A stretch of DNA of 64,000 nucleotides from contig JANMHX010000287.1 in assembly GCA_031375485.1 (NCBI GenBank), positions 10,644 through 74,643 of the forward strand, in the 5' to 3' direction. Made by a program: the position numbers and the translations under genes. This stretch comes from Gemmatimonadota bacterium (GTDB lineage Bacteria; Gemmatimonadota; Gemmatimonadetes; Gemmatimonadales; GWC2-71-9). Under the pieces are notes generated by a model. It had not been told where the DNA came from. It saw only the letters and a program-made list of their open reading frames with translations, and searched no databases. Of this stretch, positions 57,465 through 64,000 are shown piece after piece; the first letter of the stretch is position 1; every line of letters starts with the position of its first letter.

Positions 57465-58685
57465 TCACGGGGGGGGGACCCCCGGGATGGCGAACGGATT
57501 TGCGTAGCGGGCGCCGTCGACGAGGTCGTAGGGGCCCCAGTCAATCGACATGACGGTGTTGTAGCCCCCATTGCGATTGACACCCATCTCGTACCGATGG
57601 AGCAAGGGCCAGGTGCCGCCGGTTGTCCGTCGGACATCAACGGTCCAAGTTCCCGGCGCGATCTCCCCGCCGACGGTCGACTGACGATAGGCCCAGACTG
57701 AAGTGAGCGTATCTCCCGCGGGCAAGTAGCCCATGACGAACTCCCACCACTCGCCATCCCCGGGGATCGTGGGCGCCAAGTTACGTTGAGTGGCACAGTC
57801 GAACGTGAGCTCGAACAGCCCGAACGGGATGCCCCGGTCGGAGGGGAACCCCCAGCCCGGGCAACGAGGCGGAGGGCTCCTTAGCACAAACCCGCCGCCG
57901 GCGTTCGGTGCGTCGGTTCGGTTGTGGAAGGCAGCCGCTGCAACGACGATCTGCTGGCGCCCGTTCCCAGCGAATCGAAAGAACATCACTTTATACCCGG
58001 TCCCCGGCAGCGGGGACCATTCCTTCGAGAAGCGAATGAACTGACGGACCCAGAGCATCGTGGGCGCGTTGTCGATATTGGTGCCGTGGACAGCCGTACA
58101 TCCCTCGGAGAAGCCTGGCTTATTAAAGGCGGGGTTCCCGTAGAACCGAATCACTTTGCCCCACAGCGGGTTTGGGATCAGGTCCCAAGTTTCCTCCGGC
58201 GGGACGTTGCACTGCGCCGGTGATCCCTCGACGCCGAATCCCAGCAACTGGGCAGCGGCCTTGTCGGGAACGTCTTTCCAATCACGCCTGAGCCAGGGCA
58301 CAAAGCTCGCGGACGGTGGCGGGTCGGCGAGGATCGTCACGGGACTCGTGCCCGCCATGCCGCTCGAGGGCTCCGTCCCGACCACTTCATACTGGCCGGG
58401 GTTAATTCCGGCGGAAAAAAGTCCAGACGCCGTGATGGTACCACCGGTCGTGGTCCAAGCGACCGGGGCTGCCTTACTACTCCCGTCGCTGTATCGGATC
58501 ATGGCGTCAAACTGTGCGTGGCCCCCGGGGGTGACCGTGCTGGACGGCGGGGTAATGGTGACCCCCGTTACCATGGCGACCGGCGGCGGGGGTGGCGGGG
58601 GTGGCGGGGGAGCAACCGAGAATTCGGGTGATCCCCCGCAGGCCAAGGCCCCGAGGAGGGCGATGTTCCAACCGGAAACGAGCAT
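57465..58685 (-). CDS. lipoprotein with Pro10 linker, Big_2-like domain and an unknown C-terminal domain
   Basis: Lipobox LGALAC, PPPPPPPPPP linker and Big_2-like VTITPPSSTVTPGGHAQFDAMIRYSDGS. About 280 aa at the C-terminus are unassigned. Confidence 0.6.
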   Translation of the reverse strand: MLVSGWNIALLGALACGGSPEFSVAPPPPPPPPPPVAMVTGVTITPPSSTVTPGGHAQFDAMIRYSDGSSKAAPVAWTTTGGTITASGLFSAGINPGQYEVVGTEPSSGMAGTSPVTILADPPPSASFVPWLRRDWKDVPDKAAAQLLGFGVEGSPAQCNVPPEETWDLIPNPLWGKVIRFYGNPAFNKPGFSEGCTAVHGTNIDNAPTMLWVRQFIRFSKEWSPLPGTGYKVMFFRFAGNGRQQIVVAAAAFHNRTDAPNAGGGFVLRSPPPRCPGWGFPSDRGIPFGLFELTFDCATQRNLAPTIPGDGEWWEFVMGYLPAGDTLTSVWAYRQSTVGGEIAPGTWTVDVRRTTGGTWPLLHRYEMGVNRNGGYNTVMSIDWGPYDLVDGARYANPFAIPGVPPP

Positions 58686-58879
58686 CTTGGTCACGCCTGG
58701 CAACGAGGGAGGTCTCATAAGTTCCGGAAACTTGATTCGGTTCCTCGGCCTTCGCTAGTTCGGGGCTACGTCACCCCACAGTAAGGGGACGCATACACCG
58801 GCTGGCCTTGCACGGGCCGGTGGCCTCTCTACGACTCCACGTTGCGAAAACCGAGCCACCTTGTAGCTGACGGTCCCAA

Positions 58880-59165
58880 ATTGTGCAGAAATCACGGAGA
58901 TAATTGCCGCACTCGAGCCGATCCCCTGTCGACCGAACAGGGGCTGTCGAAGAACGCGATCGCTACGGGCTAAGTGGACAGGGATCTCGCCGCCCGGCGC
59001 CCCAGTCGGGCCCGGCCGCCCGGGCCGCAACGCCTGATCCCTCAAATCGGGGGCTTCGCCGGACCGCTTTACAAACCGATCATCGCCACGCACCTGGCGA
59101 CCGACCCCGCGCTGAGCGCGGTGCGGCTCTTCGCCGAGTGCCGCGCGGCCGGGGCATCCATACTG
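58880..59165 (+). pseudogene. IS21-family IstA N-terminal fragment
   Basis: GLSKNAIATG*VDRDLAARR...KPIIATHLATDPALSAVRLFAECRAAG resembles the IstA HTH and linker region. It contains an in-frame TAA and ends abruptly. Confidence 0.4.
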
Positions 59166-59180
59166 TCCTCCACGGGTGAC

Positions 59181-59228
59181 GGTGGGGACTTTCAAATGTC
59201 GACAGGTGGGGAATTTGAGATGTCGACT
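59181..59228. repeat. 24-nt imperfect tandem duplication
   Basis: ggtggggactttcaaatgtcgaca followed by ggtggggaatttgagatgtcgact, 20 of 24 identical. It sits at the junction of two transposase fragments. Confidence 0.8.
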
Positions 59229-59510
59229 GACATTCACCAAATCGGGGCAGGTTCAAACCGAGTGGCGCCCGAGGTGGAAGCGGCGATCTTGGCATTGGCG
59301 TTGGCGGAACCGGCCTGGGGCCAGCTGCGGGTTGCGAATGACCTGGCGAAACGGGGGGTGAGGATTTCGCCAGCCGGGGTCCGGTGCGTCTGGGCGGGGC
59401 ACGATCTCAAGACGATGGCGCACCGGTGAAGGCGTTTGAGACGAAGACTGCGCAGGAAAGGCCTGGTGTTGATGGAGGCGCAACTCGCCGCGCTCGAACA
59501 CGCCTCGATT
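59220..59510 (+). pseudogene. N-terminal fragment of an rve-type (IS481-like) transposase, frameshifted and truncated
   Basis: VAPEVEAAILALALAEPAWGQLRVANDLAKRGVRISPAGVRCVW is a typical HTH region. The frame breaks near 59430 (then ...GLVLMEAQLAALEHA), and no catalytic core follows. Confidence 0.4.
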
Positions 59511-59714
59511 GAAAGGTCGCATTCCCTATCCCGATCCGGCGACGATCAATGCCGATGTGAAAGATTCGTTCGGACGGACGGGAAACGGTATCCGCCGGTG
59601 GATTCATCGTGCGCTCCGATGAAGTCCGAGGCGCAGCGAGTCAATCCGGCGTGGCCCAGTTCGCTATTTGATGCGTTCTTGACAGTGACCTGACACCCAA
59701 AGCGGGTCCAATCA

Positions 59715-60580
59715 TTATGTCAGGTTCGCCGGGGAAAGGGGTGATCCTGCCTGTGCCTTCAGGGTCGTGAGAAACTCCGCGGGGGTGCGATCCCCGAGAC
59801 TACTGTGCGGCCGGACTTCGTTGTAGTCGACGCGCCAGGCTTCGATCGTCGCCCGCGCGTCGGGCAGCGAGACGAACCAGCTCTCGTTCAAAACTCGTCC
59901 CGCAGGCGCCCGTTGAAGCTTTCGGCAATGGCGTTCTGGACCGGTTTGCCGGGCTCGATGAAGTGCAGCCGGACGCCGCGCCGGTGCGCCCAGATGTCGA
60001 GGGCCTCGCTGGTAAACTCGGGGCCGTTGTCGCACACCAGATGGTCGGGCAGCCCGCGGACCTGCCCCAGACGCTCGAGGACCCGGACGACCCGCTCGCC
60101 CGACAGGGCGTGATCGACCTCGATGGCCGGGCACTCGCGGGTGAAATCATCGACGAAGGTCAGCGCCCGAAACCGCCGCCCATCGGCCAGCGCGTCGCTC
60201 ACGAAATCCATGCTCCATCGGACCTGCGGGGCCGCCGCCGGCGTGAGCGGCTGCCGGACGACCGCCACCCGCTTCCGCCGGCGCCGCCGCACCGCCAGGC
60301 CCAGTTCGCGGTACAGACGGTAGACGAGCTTCCGGTTGACCCGCTCGCCTTCGCGGCGCAGCAGCCGATACAGCCGGCGATAGCCCCAGCGCGGGCGGAG
60401 CAGGGCGAGCGTGGCCAAGCGCTCCCGCAGCGCCGTGCGCGCCGGCCGCCGCGACCGGTAGGGCTGGCTGGTCCGGGCAAAGCCCGAATAGCGGCAGACC
60501 CGCCGGTCGCTCAGGCCGGCGGTCGTACAGGCGTAGGTGACCGCCGTCCGCCGCTGCTCGGCCGTCACCACTGTTTTCCC
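59715..60580 (-). pseudogene. IS3-family transposase OrfB (DDE/rve), disrupted by a frameshift near 59888-59896
   Basis: One frame reads WSMDFVSD...DNGPEFTS...NGRLRDEF(stop). The sequence continues in another frame as LNESWF...YNEVRPHSSLG. The break is at GAGTTTTGA, and one extra T would restore RDEFLNESWF. Confidence 0.7.
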
Positions 60581-60831
60581 AGCAGGTCTTTGATGACCTG
60601 GATGTTGAGCGCTTGGTCGGCCACCAGCCGCTTGAGCTGGCGGTTCTCGTCCTCCAGCGCCCGGAGACGTTTGGCCTCGCTGACCTGGAGTCCCCCGTAC
60701 TTCTTCCGCCACCGGTGGAACGTGGTCTCCGTGATCGCGTGGCGTCGGGTGACCTCGGTGATCTTCGCGCCGGCCTCCACTTCGTGGAGCACGGCCACAA
60801 TCTGGGCTTCGGTAAATCGACTCTTCCGCAT
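60565..60831 (-). CDS. IS3-family transposase OrfA
   Basis: MRKSRFTEAQIVAVLHEVEAGAKITEVTRRHAITETTFHRWRKKYGG, followed by a leucine-zipper-like tail. Confidence 0.85.
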   Translation of the reverse strand: MRKSRFTEAQIVAVLHEVEAGAKITEVTRRHAITETTFHRWRKKYGGLQVSEAKRLRALEDENRQLKRLVADQALNIQVIKDLLGKQW

Positions 60832-61153
60832 CGGTCCTCCGGAGGAGAACCGACATAATATCCGGATCAGCTTTCGGGTGTCAGGTCAACAGGCGCCCGC
60901 TCCATCAGTGGCCATAACGAAGGATGACTATTACGTTGAAGGCATCCCATAAGTGAGTTCCGTCGGTTGGCGCCGCCGAGGGTTGGTGGCGCCTGCAATT
61001 CGGACGAAAGCAGGCTGTGCGACGCCTCGAGCGAACCTGTCGCTGTTGGATGCCACCCTCGGCGATTGCCGGGTGATGTTTGCGTCTCGATCGGCAGATT
61101 CGATGGTGCTGATGTGATGCCAAGCCACCACGTCCACGCTGCCCAGGTTCGCA

Positions 61154-63304
<2,151 letters not shown>

Positions 63305-63339
63305 TGAACCTCAAGCCAGTGACTTGCGGGATTCAACAT

Positions 63340-63680
63340 CATGGATGAGTTCGCCGGCGGTGCACGCCGCTTGGCCACTTATCGGCGGACGTGGGCGCGG
63401 GAGTGGAATGCGGGCGTCGTCTCGCTGGACGATGCGGGCGCGGATGTGACCCCATTACGGCATTTTTCGCCGCCCAATGGCCGCGTTTGCGCACGACGAA
63501 CGTGATCGCGCGGCTCTTCTGTGAATTCAAGCGGCTGACGTTGACGCAGGACGCGTGTCCGACCCGTAAGGCGATGCCGTCCTGTTGCGGGGAACGCTCG
63601 CGGCGGGCGAGATTCGGCTGCGGAAACTGCACCGCCTATCGGGTGATGAGGGACACGCCGCTACCGCGCGCAGCGTAACT
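63340..63680 (+). pseudogene. IS256 (Mutator)-family transposase C-terminal fragment
   Basis: FFAAQWPRLRTTNVIARLFCEFKRL matches the FP..HW..iRTTN.iE..f.e.krR motif. Further similarity appears in shifted frames (DAVLLRGTLAAGEIRLRKL). Confidence 0.5.
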
Positions 63681-63695
63681 CGGGGGCCCGCCAGC

Positions 63696-64000
63696 ATGCC
63701 CCGATCGGGTTTCTACAGCTTGCCGGCCACGACCATAAGTATTGGAGCGTGTCGATTGGGACTGCGGTTTGCGATTAAGCGTCTGGCAGAGTTCGGCCTT
63801 CCCGTTAGGCTGCTCGCTCCAGTGCTGGGGATGACTCGGCGTGGGCAAGTACTCATTCTAGCCTACCATAATGTGCGCCCCGATGGCGTACCGCCGGTCG
63901 GCGACCGTTCACTTCATCTGGAGTTGAGTCTTTTTCGTGATCACCTCGACCTCTTGTGTGAGGCCTTTAATGTCGTGTCGCTCGAGGAGGTCTTTCGACC
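63696..64000 (+). CDS. polysaccharide deacetylase-like protein, 3' partial
   Basis: The frame is open from the ATG at 63696 (alternative ATG at 63831) to the window edge. It reads GQVLILAYHNVRPDG...LELSLFRDHLDLL. It is missing from the ORF track because there is no stop in the window. Confidence 0.45.
   Translation, partial: MPRSGFYSLPATTISIGACRLGLRFAIKRLAEFGLPVRLLAPVLGMTRRGQVLILAYHNVRPDGVPPVGDRSLHLELSLFRDHLDLLCEAFNVVSLEEVFR

Larger units (their letters stand above)
59686..60888 (-). mobile_element. IS3-family insertion sequence (IS407-group-like), 1203 bp
   Basis: Terminal inverted repeats TGACCTGACACCC(A/G)AAGC at both ends. A 4-bp direct repeat ACAG flanks it at 59682-59685 and 60889-60892. 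It has orfA plus orfB. Confidence 0.85.

Noticed and set aside
58580-58612. The GC-rich triplet-like repeat ggcggcgggggtggcgggggtggcggggg.
   Set aside because: It is simply the coding sequence of the Pro10 linker on the opposite strand, not an independent repeat element.
60889-61153. The 265-bp segment between the two IS3 elements as a remnant gene.
   Set aside because: None of the six frames gave a recognisable motif. It is probably an orphaned fragment of intergenic or degraded sequence.

Overview
High-GC bacterial chromosomal window, roughly two-thirds G+C by eye, from a diderm organism. The gene content (CarboxypepD_reg-type giant beta-barrel, PEP-CTERM protein, cytochrome c-FTR1 fusion) suggests a Gemmatimonadota/Acidobacteriota-like lineage. 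That placement is inference only.

Layout:
(1) 1-4.3 kb, + strand: HAD-CYTH-unknown-acpS operon and a cytochrome c/FTR1 iron permease.
(2) 4.2-18.5 kb, - strand: a very compact block of 19 housekeeping genes, in transcription order GT9, yebC, ruvCAB, queA, tgt, yajC, def, fmt, thiE-like, rsmB, PASTA, rpe, tlpA, tsaD, lgt. Most junctions are ATGA/GTGA stop-start overlaps.
(3) 18.5-25.3 kb, + strand: MsbA-like ABC exporter followed by five translationally coupled glycosyltransferase-type genes, including two tandem CgeB-like paralogues.
(4) 25.3-34.5 kb: patatin-ferredoxin fusion, class V aminotransferase, DUF853 ATPase, tyrS, and a PBP1A-amidohydrolase-HNH operon.
(5) 34.5-39.6 kb, - strand: NtrY/NtrX-like two-component pair coupled to a POTRA-less Omp85 barrel carrying a bactofilin-like beta-helix, plus a DUF4390-like secreted protein. 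The barrel gene begins with a (GCCGAGY)x9 heptamer array.
(6) 40.2-58.7 kb: a PEP-CTERM/XrtA-type exopolysaccharide locus. It holds a PEP-CTERM protein and a sigma-54-like promoter, then a 1007-aa barrel, a lipoprotein, the XrtA-type deacetylase, FemAB, an acyltransferase, a DegT aminotransferase, an RCC1/Ig lipoprotein and GT39. An O-antigen-ligase-like protein, GT4, GT2 and a Big_2 lipoprotein follow. No exosortase is in the window.
(7) 58.7-64 kb: an IS hotspot with IS21 and integrase fragments, two IS3-family elements and an IS256 fragment, surrounding a visibly lower-GC sulfotransferase. A partial deacetylase-like gene runs off the right edge.

I found no rRNA, tRNA or CRISPR array. All family names come from motif recognition by eye, because no searches could be run.
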